A stretch of DNA of 64,000 nt from Mobula hypostoma (Eukaryota): the NCBI RefSeq assembly GCF_963921235.1, contig NC_086107.1, positions 94,490,001 to 94,554,000 of the forward strand, written 5' to 3'. Both the position numbers and the translations under genes were made by a program. Below are positions 41,286 to 52,825 of the stretch, one piece after another; the first letter of the stretch is position 1; the number at the start of each line of letters is the position of its first letter. Below the pieces are notes generated by a model, which made no database searches, was not told where the DNA came from, and saw only the letters and a program-made list of their open reading frames with translations.

Positions 41286-41364
41286 CTGAAAGGCATGAAC
41301 ACTGGCAGTTAAACAGCTGCCAAGCACGTGAGGGCTGCAGGCACACACACAAAAAAAACAATGC

Positions 41365-41665
41365 GGCACTGTAGCATAGCGGTTAGCATCATGTTTTCCA
41401 GTGTTGGCGATATGGGTCCAATTCCCACCAATGTCTGTAAGGAGTTGATACTTTTCCCTTGTGACCACTCTGGTTTCCTCCCACATTCAAATAGATGGTA
41501 GGATTAGGGTTATTAACTTGTTGCCATGTTATGTTGGTGCTAGAAATATGGCGACTCTTGTAGGCTGCCCCCAGCCCATCCTCGGACTGTGTTGGTCGCT
41601 GACGCAAATGACGCATTACACTGTATGTTTTGATGTACATGTGACAAATAAAGCTAATCTTTAAT
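41365..41665 (+). mobile_element. tRNA-derived SINE (V-SINE/HE1-like); more copies about 6420-6725 (-), 13965-14280, 20215-21490 (split), 36200-36480, 38530-38830, 46030-46265
   Basis: Head gtagcatagcggttagc...gggtccaattccc; core ctgtaaggagtt...ggtttcctcc...ccacattc. Confidence 0.75.
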
Positions 41666-42299
41666 CCTTAAAGTTCAAGCACAAGCTGATGCAAACAATC
41701 CTGCCCTAATGAAATACCAATCAGTGTTTAACCCTTTTCTTGATCAAACCGGACTGAGTCAGAAATGCACCTCCTTATCGTCACTTTGATCTCAATTCTG
41801 GAGCTTAGATATGGAGATTGCACACAGTCTCTTTCCCAGGAAAAGAGAAGCAACAGCTAGGGGCCATCGGCTTAATGTGGGGGGGGGGGGAGAGGGGGGG
41901 AAGAGTTTTGAAAGGGAGCTGAGGGACAACATTTTCACTCAGAGGGTAGTGAGTATATGGAACAAGCTGCCAGAGGAAGTGGTTGAGGCAGCTGCAGTAG
42001 TATCATTTAAGGAGCAGTTGGAACATGGATAGAAAAGGATTGGAGGGATACAAGTAAAATGGGACTAGCTTAGACGGGCATCCTGGTTGGCAGGAACGAG
42101 TTTCCTTCTCTGCTTTATGACTCCCTGACTTCAATCCTGTTGTGTAAGCACCTTGAGCAGAAGACCAAGTGGTTCAAGAAGATGGCTCATTGTCTTGAAG
42201 CTGCAAGGTTGTACCTGTACCTCACTGTACGTGGCAATAAACTTGACTTGATGGATGGCAAACGATGAGTGTTCCAGCAAATTTCCTGTCCAATTAATG

Positions 42300-43720
42300 A
42301 ATAGCTCAGCATTCAATACCATCACCCCCTCAAAACTAATCAATAAGCTCCAAGACCTAGGCCTCAATACATCCTTGTGTAATTGGATCCTCAATTTCCT
42401 CACCTGCAGACCCAAGGCAGTTTGGGTTGGCAACAACACCTCCTCCACAATTTCCATCAGCACAGGTGTATCACAAGGTTGTGTGCTCAGCCACCTGCTC
42501 TACTCACGATAGATTTATGACTGCGTGCCAAAGCACAGCCCCAATGCCATTTTCAAGTTTGCTGATGACATCACTGTTGTAGACCAAGTCAAAGGTGGTG
42601 ACAAATCAGACTGAAAATCTGGCTGAGTGGTGTCACAACAACCACCTCTTACACAATGTCAGCAAAACCAAGAGCTGATTATTGACTTCAGGAGGAGGAA
42701 ACCAGAGGTCCATGAACCAGTCATCACCAGGGGATCTGAGGTGGAGAGGGTCAGCAACTTTAAATTCGTTGGTGTTATTATTTCAGACGACCTGTTCTAG
42801 GCCCAGCGTGTAAGAGCAATTATGAAGAAAGTACAGCAGCACTTCCACTTCCTTAGGAGCTTGTGAAGATTCAGCATTACATTGGCAAACTTGTATAGAT
42901 GTATAGTGGAGCATACATTGACTGGCTGCATCATAGTCTGATATGGAAACACCAATGCCCTTGAATGAAAAATTCTACAAAAAGTAGTGGATACAGCCCG
43001 GTCCATCATGAGTAAAGCCCTCCCCACCATTGAGCACATCTACAAGATATGTACCAGGAAAGCAGCATTCATCATCAGGGACCCCCACCACAAAGGACAT
43101 GCTCTCTTCTTGCTGCTGCCATGAATAAAAAGGCACAGGAGCCTCAGAATTCACACCACCAGGTTCAGGAACAGTTATTACCCCTCAAACACCAGGCCTT
43201 TGAACCAAAGGGGATAACTTCACCTGCCCCCCGCCCCCCGCCATTACTGAAATTTTCCCACAACCTTTCAAGGACTCTCCATCTCATGTTCTCGATATTT
43301 ATTGCTTATTTATTTATTATTATTGTGTGGCACGTGGCCAGGTGGTTAGGGCGTTGGGCTCACCATCTGAAGGTTGTGGGTTCGAGTCTCGGCCAAGGCA
43401 GCGTGTTGTGGCTTTGAGCAAAGCACTTAACCACAAACTGCTCTAGACCACCCAGCTGAGAATGGGTACCGGCAAATGCTGGGGGTTAACCTCGCATTAG
43501 ACCGGCTTCCTATCCGGGGGGGAGTTTCGTACTCTCAGTCGCTTCACGCTACAGAAACCGGCACAAGCACCGGCCTAATAGGCCACAAGACTCCGGACAG
43601 ACTTTGACTTTGATTTATTATTATTACTATCTCTTTCTTCTTGTGTTTGCACTGTTTGCAGTCTTTTGCACTCTGATTGAACACCCAAGTGGCCTTTCGT
43701 TGATTCTGTTATAGTTATTA
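42300..43720 (+). mobile_element. Rex1/Babar-like LINE 3' part, interrupted by a SINE
   Basis: [34 protein letters not shown]...[10 protein letters not shown], then KFADD. Confidence 0.85.
43325..43612 (+). mobile_element. Full-length tRNA-derived SINE with 13-bp TSD
   Basis: A box tggccaggtgg, B box ggttcgagtct, (gacttt)n tail; TSD atttattattatt at 43312-43324 and 43613-43625. Confidence 0.9.
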
Positions 43721-43826
43721 AATTATTTTGGAATTAATGAGCATGCCCACTCACAGTTTTGTCAAAAATGAAATTTTTCCAAAAAAAAATTTGAAATATC
43801 AATTTATTTTAAAATATAGTACGTAC

Positions 43827-43988
43827 CACCGATATAAACTAGGCACTCAGATTCAGAGGAGAATGAACCATTGTAGTCGTTGGTGGCTGGGTCACGAACC
43901 TCCTCCGTCTCATACTCCTGCTTCACCTCATACTGTGCGCAGTCTATACTCTCCTCCGGCATAGACTCCGTCGCCTCTTTGTCATCTT
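43827..43988 (-). CDS. NR1H2: LXR-beta A/B-region exon (DDKEATESMPEESIDCAQYEVKQEYETEE...ECLVYIG)
   Basis: Long polypyrimidine tract ending cag|; donor G|GTACGT; 162 nt, phase 1/1, open and in frame with both neighbouring exons; acidic and non-repetitive. Confidence 0.8.
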
Positions 43989-44149
43989 CTGAAGAGGACA
44001 TGAGATGGGATGAATGGAAAATAAAATCAATGTCAATGAAGACTGACAACTGTATGGCCGAGAGTAAAATCTAAAATCAGGTTTATTATCACTGACGTAT
44101 CTCATGAAATCTATTGTTTTGTGGTAGTGCAGTGCAATATTTTTTAATG

Positions 44150-45960
44150 TATCGAGGAGAGCTTTTTGTTACAGTACGTAAACGGATCATCGAGGAAGGG
44201 AGCATTACTGGACTTTTTATCATGAAGTGTAGCTAATCAAGTGAGGAAGTGCCAATAGGGGAGCATTTTGGAGAAAGTGATCATACCTCATAACATGATG
44301 CCTAAGTGGTCGTCGTGAAACAGGACAAGCATGGACAAGTATTTAAGCTCTTAAATTGGGGCAAGGCCAATTTTATTAAGGGAGGAACTGGCAAAGGGAG
44401 ATTGGCAGCATCTACTTTTTAGTAAGTCTTCTTCTGTGGAGTGTGGTAGAACAGAGGGATCTGGGAATGCAGATCTATAATTCCTTCAGAGTGGCATCAT
44501 AGGTAGACAGGGTTGTAAGGAGAGGTTTTGGGACATTGGCCTTCATAAATCCAAGCATTGAGTACAGAAGATGGTAATGTTATCTTGGAGTTGTACAAGA
44601 CATTGGGAAGGCCAAATTTGGAATTTTGTATGTCGTTCTGGTCACCTACCTACATAAGATTGAGAAAATTTACAAAGATGTTACCGGGACTTAAAGACCT
44701 GAGTTATAGGGAAAGGTTGACTACGTTAGCACTTTATTCACTGAACGAAGGAGAATAAGGGGATATTTTGTAGAGGTTTACAAAATTATGAGGGGTATAG
44801 ATTGGATAAAGGAAAGAAGGATTTTTCCACTGAGTTTGGGTGAGACGAAAACTAGAGGTCGTAGGTTAAGAGCGAAAGGGGAGCTTCTTCACTCAGAGGA
44901 TGGTGAGAATGTGGAATGAGCTGCCAGCAGAACTGATGGATGCAGGTTCGATTGCAACAATTAAGAGAAGTTGGGATAGGTACGTACGTTTGTAGATGGG
45001 AGGGCTACGGTTCAAGTGCAGGTTGATGGGACGAGGCATATTGACAGTTCAGCACAGACTAGATAGGTCAAAGGGCCGGCTTCTATGCCGTAATGCTCTA
45101 TGACTCATGTCTGCACCATGGGAAGCATTGACAGAAGTAACAAGGGTTCAGGGTTGACATGTTCTGGTGAAGATAAAGCCCTGGGGCAACAATTACAGGA
45201 AACCATGGATTGGACGTCGAGGTTTGAATAAAGAGGAAAAAGGAAGCACATTACAAGTATAGGGAACTAATGATGCCAGAGGCACGTCAAGAGCATAAAA
45301 CCCCCTGGGAGGCACTTAAAACGGAAATTCAGGAGGCTAGTGGGTCATTAAAAATGACAAGCAGAGAATTAAGATAATTCTGAAGTGTTTCACAAGTATG
45401 AGGGCAAAAGAATAACCAGGGAGTATTAGAACACATAGGGGCAACAGGGGAAAGCTGTACATGAGCCAGAAGGTGTAGTTGACATTCTAACTAAATACTT
45501 TTCATACGAAGGATCCCCAATCATCTTGCATGCCCTACCACCGGACCCTGACACCGATCTGTCAAGGACCGTGCGGTGGCAACCCATGCATCAGCCTCCC
45601 CAGGCTAAACAAAGTAACACACACAGGGGTTCTCTGTGAAGGGAATGCACCCTAACATCCCGGATTATGTGGATCCTGGACCGGCCTGTGCAACCACCAG
45701 AGCTCCCACCAATAGACAACCCTTTGGAGAACGTGATACTTGACTTGAAAGGAAGTAGTGCAGCAATCGCTCATCAGTATTTGCAAAAGAAAGACTCGGT
45801 AGTCAAAAAATTCAGTGAAACTTTCAAAAATAAACTGGGGCATAATCAATGTCTTATTGGGCTTAATGGTAGATAAACCTCCAGCAATGGATGAGATTTC
45901 TCCCAGGTAACTGCAGGAGACAAGGGAGGAATTTGCTGGGGTTCTAGCTAAGATTTCTAA
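44150..45960 (+). mobile_element. Nested, highly degenerate CR1 fragments
   Basis: LYKTLGRPNLEFC...LSYRERL (44558-44758), CR1-type 3'UTR near 45100, flanking endonuclease/linker remnants. Confidence 0.7.
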
Positions 45961-46934
45961 GCCTTCGCTGGACAGGAATGAGGTCCCAGATGACTGGAGG
46001 ACAGCTAGCGGAGTCTCCCTTTACAAGAGAGGGGGAGCACAGCAGCATCGCGGTTAGCGGAACGCCACTACAGTGCTGCAACCTGGGTTCAACTCCCGCC
46101 GCTGTCTATAAGGAGTTTGCACCTTCTCTGTGGGTTTCCTCCGGGCGTCTCACATTCCAAAGATCTACGGGCAAACAGTTTAATTAGTCACATGGGTGTA
46201 ACTGGGTGGCACAGCCATCGTTGGGCTGTAAGGGCCTGTTACTGCACTGTGTCTCTAAATAAACATGTGAGGTATTTAAAATTACCAGCAGTGATAAATA
46301 GGCAGCTTACAAGAAATTCTCCCCCCTCTCAGAGGTAGATAAAATTGGACAACATAGGTCATGGCAAAAGGAAAGAGGTTCAGAGGGGATCTGAAGGTCA
46401 CCTTCTTCAGCCAGCGGGTGGGGAGTACCTGAAATGCACTGCCTGGGAGAGTGGTCAGGGCTGGGTCACTGACGGTACTGAAGTATCTGAATGAACCCTT
46501 GAACCTCTTACGCATGGGTTGCTATGGATCAAATGCTGGCCGATGCAGTTAGCATGGAAGGGTTCCCAATGGCTGGTAAGAACAAATTGGGCTGAATGGC
46601 TGGCATGAACAAGTTGGGCCGAATGGCCTGCTTCCATACTGTATGGCTCTATGAGAGCATAGAGAGGCATCATGATTAGCACAAACGGCCTGTTCTGTGC
46701 TGTGCAATTCTAGAATTTAACCTTCTGAAAAGCAGATGCAAATCATTCCCCTGTAACTTTAATAATCTCTCATATAACCCTCCATTTTTCTTTCATCCAA
46801 GTGCCCAAGAGTCCCTTAAACGTCCCTGATGTATCTGCAACTACCACCATCCCTGGCAGCATGTTCAACGCACTCACCACTCTCTGTAAAAAAAAACACA
46901 ACTTCACCTTCTGAAATGCAGATGTAAAAAATTC

Positions 46935-49900
46935 CACTTGAATCCTAGGGGGACCAATATCCTGGCAGGGAGATTAGCGGGGGCCACTGAGGTGACTTTA
47001 AACTAGAATGGTTGGGGGGTGGGAATCAAATTAAAGAGGCTAGGCGTGAGGAGGTTAGTTCACAACAGGGGGATGGGAACCAGTGCAGAGAGACAGAGGG
47101 GTGTAAAGTGAGGGTAGAAGCAGAAAGTACAAAGGAGAAAAGTAAAAGTGGCAGGCCGACAAATCCAGGGCAAGCATTAGAAAGGGCCACTTTTCAACAT
47201 AATTGTATAAGGGCTAAGAGAGTTGTAAAAGAGCGCCTGAAGGCTTTGTGTGTCAATGCAAGGAGCATTCGTAATAAGGTGGATGAATTGAAAGTGCAGA
47301 TTGTTATTAATGATTATGATATAGTTGGGATCACAGAGACATGGCTCCAGGGTGACCAGGGATGGGAGCTCAACGCTCAGGGATATTCAATATTCAGGAG
47401 GGATAGACATGAAGGAAGGGGAGGTGGAGTGGCGTTGCTGGTTAAAGAAGAGATTAACGCAATAGAAAGGAAGGACATAAGCCGGGAAGATGTAGAATCG
47501 ATATGGGTAGAGCTGCGTAACACTAAGGGGCAGAAGACGCTGGTGGGAGTTGTGTACAGGCCACCTAACAGTAGTAGTGAGGTCGGAGATGGTATTAAAC
47601 AGGAAATTAGAAATGTGCGCAATAAAGGAACAGCAGTTATAATGCGTGACTTCAATCTACATGTAGATTGGGTGAGCCAAATTGGTAAAGGTGCTGAGGA
47701 AGAGGATTTCTTGGAATGTATGCGGGATGGTTTTTTGAACCAACATGTCGAGGAACCAACTAGAGAGCAGGCTATTCTGGACTGGGTTTTGAGCAATGAG
47801 GAAGGGTTAATTAGCGATCTTGTCGTGAGAGGCCCCTTGGGTAAGAGTGACCATAATATGGTGGAATTCTTCATTAAGATGGAGAGTGACATAGTTAATT
47901 CAGAAACAAAGGTTCTGAACTTAAAGAGGGGTAACTTTGAAGGTATGAGACGTGAATTAGCTAAGATAGACTGGCAAATGACACTTAAAGGATTGACGGT
48001 GGATATGCAATGGCAAGCATTTAAAGGTTGCATGGATGAACTACAACAATTGTTCATCCCAGTTTGGCAAAAGAATAAATCAAGGAAGGTAGTGCACCCG
48101 TGGCTGACAAGAGAAATTAGGGATAGTATCAATTCCAAAGAAGCAGCATACAAATTAGCCAGAGAAAGTGGCTCACCTGAGGACTGGGAGAAATTCAGAG
48201 TTCAGCAGAGGAGGACAAAGGGCTTAATTAGGAAGGGGAGAAAAGATTATGAGAGAAAACTGGCAGGGAACATAAAAACGGACTGTAAAAGCTTTTATAG
48301 ATATGTAAAAAGGAAAAGACTGGTAAAGACAAATGTAGGTCCCCTGCAGACAGAAACAGGTGAATTGATTATGGGGAGCAAGGACATGGCAGACCAATTG
48401 AATAATTACTTTGGTTCTGTCTTCACTAAGGAGGACATAAATAATCTTCCAGAAATAGTAGGGGACAGAGGGTCCAGTGAGATGGAGGAACTGAGCGAAA
48501 TACATGTTAGTAGGGAAGTGGTGTTAGGTAAATTGAAGGGATTGAAGGCAGATAAATCCCCAGGGCCAGATGGTCTGCATCCTAGAGTGCTTAAGGAAGT
48601 AGCCCAAGAAATAGTGGATGCATTAGTGATAATTTTACAAAACTCGTTAGATTCTGGACTAGTTCCTGAGGATTGGAGGGTGGCTAATGTAATTCCACTT
48701 TTTAAAAAAGGAGGGAGAGAGAAACCGGGGAATTATAGACCGGTTAGCCTAACGTCGGTGGTGGGGAAACTGCTGGAGTCAGTTATCAAGGATGTGATAA
48801 CAGCACATTTGGAAAGAGGTGAAATGATTGGACAAAGTCAGCATGGATTTGTGAAAGGAAAATCATGTCTGACGAATCTCATAGAATTTTTTGAGGATGT
48901 AACTAGTAGAGTGGATAGGGGAGAACCAGTGGATGTGGTATATTTGGATTTTCAAAAGGCTTTTGACAAGGTCCCACACAGGAGATTAGTGTGCAAACTT
49001 AAAGCACACGGTATTGGGGGTAAGGTATTGGTGTGGGTGGAGAATTGGTTAGCAGACAGGAAGCAAAGAGTGGGAATAAACGGGTCCTTTTCAGAATGGC
49101 AGGCGGTGACTAGTGGGGTACCGCAAGGCTCAGTGCTGGGACCCCAGTTGTTTACAATATATATTAATGACTTGGACGAGGGAATTAAATGCAGCATCTC
49201 CAAGTTTGCGGATGACACGAAGCTGGGTAGCAGTGTTAGCTGTGAGGAGGATGCTAAGAGGATGCAGGGTGACTTGGATAGGTTGGGTGAGTGGGCAAAT
49301 TCATGGCAGATGCAATTTAATGTGGATAAATGTGAAGTTATCCACTTTGGTGGCAGAAATAGGAAAACAGATTATTATCTGAATGGTGGCCGATTAGGAA
49401 AAGGGGAGGTGCAACGAGACCTGGGTGTCATTATACACCAGTCATTGAAAGTGGGCATGCAGGTACAGCAGGCGGTGAAAAAGGCAATGGTATGCTGGCA
49501 TTTATAGCGAGAGGATTCGAGTACAGGAGCAGGGAGGTACTACTGCAGTTGTACAAGGCCTTGGTGAGACCACACCCGGAGTATTGTGTGCAGTTTTGGT
49601 CCCCTAATCTGAGGAAAGACATCCTTGCCATAGAGGGAGTACAAAGAAGGTTCACCAGATTGATTCCTGGGATGGCAGGACTTTCATATGAAGAAAGACT
49701 GGATGAACTGGGCTTGTACTCATTGGAATTTAGAAGATTGAGGGGGGATCTGATTGAAACGTATAAGATCCTAAAGGGATTGGACAGGCTAGATGCAGGA
49801 AGATTGTTCCCGATGTTGGGGAAGTCCAGAACGAGGGGTCACAGTTTGAGGATAGAGGGGAAGCCTTTTAGGACCGAGATTAGGAAAGACTTCTTCACAC

Positions 49901-50138
49901 AGAGAGTGGTGAATCTGTGGAATTCTCTGCCACAAGAAACAGTTGTGGCCAGTTCATTGGCTATATTTAAGAGGGAGTTAGATATGGCCCTTGTGGCTAC
50001 GGGGGTCAGGGGGTATGGAGGGAAGGCTGGGGCGGGGTTCTGAGTTGGAGGATCAGCCATGATCATAATAAATGGCGGTGCAGGCTCGAAGGGCCGAATG
50101 GCCTACTCCTGCACCTATTTTCTATGTTTCTATGTTTC
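46935..50138 (+). mobile_element. Young 5'-truncated CR1 LINE: end of ORF1, near-complete ORF2 (APE endonuclease + RT) with one frameshift, 3'UTR and (TTTCTATG)n tail
   Basis: ORF1 tail HLNPRGTNILAGRL...TLN* (46935-47006); ORF 47012-49507 with GITETW, YRPP, SDHN, GVPQGSVLGP, KFADD; continues in ORF 49492-50043; octamer tail about 50118-50138. Confidence 0.97.
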
Positions 50139-50256
50139 AAAGAGGAAGGGAAAATAATGAGAGGAATTAATGGAAGAGTTCTCTCAAAGAGCTGCCACAG
50201 ACCCAGTGGGCTGAATACCCTCTTTCTATGCTCTCAGAACTTATAGATGAGCCTAC

Positions 50257-50296
50257 CGTGGCCAGCGTCCAAGCCATTCACAGCCGAGAAGGACAT
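50257..50296 (-). CDS. NR1H2: LXR-beta coding exon 1 (start codon; MSFSAVNGLDAGH, phase 1 end); whole exon about 50257-50346 with 50 nt of 5'UTR
   Basis: ATG at 50296-50294 with A at -3; donor G|GTAGGC; acceptor tttcttttctttcccag| and branch-like GACTAAC (50380-50374); phase joins the next exon in frame; short first coding exon as in other LXR genes. Confidence 0.8.
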
Positions 50297-51539
50297 CTTC
50301 CATCACGTGTGGCACTGCATTGTGTAAATACAGACCAAGGTGAAAACTGGGAAAGAAAAGAAACTCATCAATAGTTAGTCTGACCGTAAATTCTACACTT
50401 AATCCCTTTTCTGGACATGACCAGCTTCTAATTTTATTTTGCTCTATTTATTTAATATAAATTTTATATACTATACATCACCATTTGGGTGGCGGGGTGC
50501 TCCTTCCCTCTGGTAGCCTGCAGGTCACCCTTGGGGAAGGTGGGGCATCTACTTAGCCCCCCACAGGCCAGGGTCCCATGAAGCCACAGGAGCAGGTGGT
50601 GGATGGTTGTTTGAGCGGTTGGTGCACATCACAGTCCTGGTTATCCGACCACTAACACCAGGCAAACAGTCTCTGAAGGGTATTGATAATAGCTGGGGTC
50701 ACCCGTCTTGTAAAGGCACTGCCAGAAGGCAGCAATGGCAAACCACTTTTGTAGAAAAGTTTTGCCAAGAATAATCATGGTCATAGAAAGACTGTGATCA
50801 CCTACATCATGCAACATTGTACATAATGAACAAATGATACTGTATACATATATATTTCTTCTGGTAATTTACTATTTTTTAATGCATTGCAGTGTACGGC
50901 TGCCACGAAACAAATTTCGCCACATTATACCAGTGATGATATACCTGATTCTGATTCTAATGGACGCAGATATTGGAAAACCAGTTTACTTTTGTCAAAT
51001 GTGCTGAGGAACAGCGAAAAGCTTTGTTTTGTATGCCATCCAGAGAGATTATGTCATTACAACAGTGTTTTGAGGGAGCACAAGACAAAACAACAACAGA
51101 ATGCAGAATTAAGTGTTACAGTTACATTGAAAGTGCAGTGCAGGTAAACATTAAGGTGCAAAATGAAGGGCAAGTAGACAATAAGGTGCTGTCTAGCTGT
51201 GACACTTTAATCTGCATTCTTTGTTGATCCTCTCTGCACCTTGTGGCACATCGAATGGCAACATTTCTTTAGCATTTGTCTGTCTTTTACGAGGCCAAGT
51301 TGCTAGCTCGACACTCAATCCAGCACAGATGGAAAGCGTGCAAGGAGCCAGCCGGATTCGAACCCAGAACCTTGAAGTCCAGAGCAAATGCTACTACACC
51401 ACCAGCCGGCATTCCGCACTCTGTTATTGTCTTATTGGTATTGGTGTACAAAGCTTGTCTTGCATATTGCTCACACAGGTCAAATCAGTGTATATGGAGC
51501 CAGAATAAGGTAAAACAATAACAATGCAGAATAAAGTGT

Positions 51540-51740
51540 CACACGTAAAAGTTGCTGGTGAACGCAGTAGACCAGGCAGCATCTATAGGAAGAGGTACAG
51601 TTGACATTTTGGGCTGAGACCCTTCGTCCTGAAACGTCAACTGTACCTCTTGCTATAGATGCTGCCTGGCCTGCTGGGTTCACCAGCAATTTTTATGTTT
51701 GTTGCTTGAAATTCCAGCATCTGCAGACTTCCTCATGTTC
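51540..51740. mobile_element. Fold-back Penelope pLTR-derived mini-insertion with 14-bp TSD
   Basis: Palindrome about 51543-51698; TSD gcagaataaagtgt at 51526-51539 and 51741-51754. Confidence 0.85.
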
Positions 51741-52210
51741 GCAGAATAAAGTGTAAAAGCTACCGAAAAAGTGCAGTGCAGGTAAACGATATGAAGTGCA
51801 AGATCATAATGAGATAGACTGAAAAGCCAAGAGTCCACCCTATTGTATGAGAGTAGAGACAGGTCTCTGGTACGTGCTGAGCTGTGTCCACAATTCTCCA
51901 CAGTTTCTTGCAGTTTTGGGCAGGGCAGTTGCCGGACTAAGCCCTGATGCATGTGGATAGAATGCTTTCTATGGTGCTTCGATAAAAATTGGTGAGATAT
52001 GGGAAACATTCCTAGATTCAGGCCCTTGACACCATAAGACATAGGACAGATTTGGGCCATTCGACCTATTGAGTTTTGTCCACCATTCAATCATGGTTGA
52101 TTTATTATCCCTCGCAACGCCATTCTCCTACCTTCGATCGATAACCTTTGATGCTCTTACTAACCGAGAACCTATCAACCTCTGCTTTAACTATAGTCAT
52201 TGACTTGGTC

Positions 52211-52825
52211 AATGAATCTATAAAAACCCAAAATGAGAGCCCTTCCCCTCTGGGTTGGGGTTTGAACTCCAGTTAAACTTCACATAGCCAGCACCTGAAG
52301 TCAGGTTTGAACCCAAGACCCTGAATTTGGAGGCAGCAGCTTGTGTGTAGTGACACTGTGCTGCCCAGGAATGTTGACCGATTTTTTTTCCGCCATCTTC
52401 TTGAACTGCTGTTGTCTGCGAAGGTTCTCCTAGTACAGTTGGGTTGGGTATTCCAGGATTCAGACCCAGCACTGATAAAAGGAATGAACATGTAACATCC
52501 AGACAGGACAGAGTGGAAAGGTGGTACCTGCTGCAGCTCTTGTGATGGGATTGAGAGGGGCTGTTCAGTCACGTGTTGGCCTTGTGTGGATGATCTGCAC
52601 TGCAGCCAGAGTGTTCTGGTCATGGCAGAATTGGGTGTCGGCAGTGGAAAAAATTGGTCAACATTCCTGGGCAGCACAGTGTCACTACACACAAGCTGCT
52701 GCCTCACAACTCCAGGCTCTTGGGTTCAAACTTGACTTCAGGTGCTGGCTGTGTGAAGTTTAACCGGAGTTCAAACCCCAACCCAGAGGGGAAGGGCTCT
52801 CATTTTGGGTTTTTACAGATTTATT
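52211..52825. repeat. ~180-bp inverted duplication with ~254-bp spacer
   Basis: Arms 52211-52391 and 52646-52825; about 11-12 differences by manual alignment. Confidence 0.95.

Noticed and set aside
45510..45680. Possible HDV-like ribozyme (tgcat..gcc tcccca ggc..atgca)
   Set aside because: No P1 partner and the L3 loop lacks the conserved G; topology cannot be completed.
47377..48153. 258-aa antisense ORF in CR1
   Set aside because: Shadow of ORF2 codon usage; no recognisable domain.
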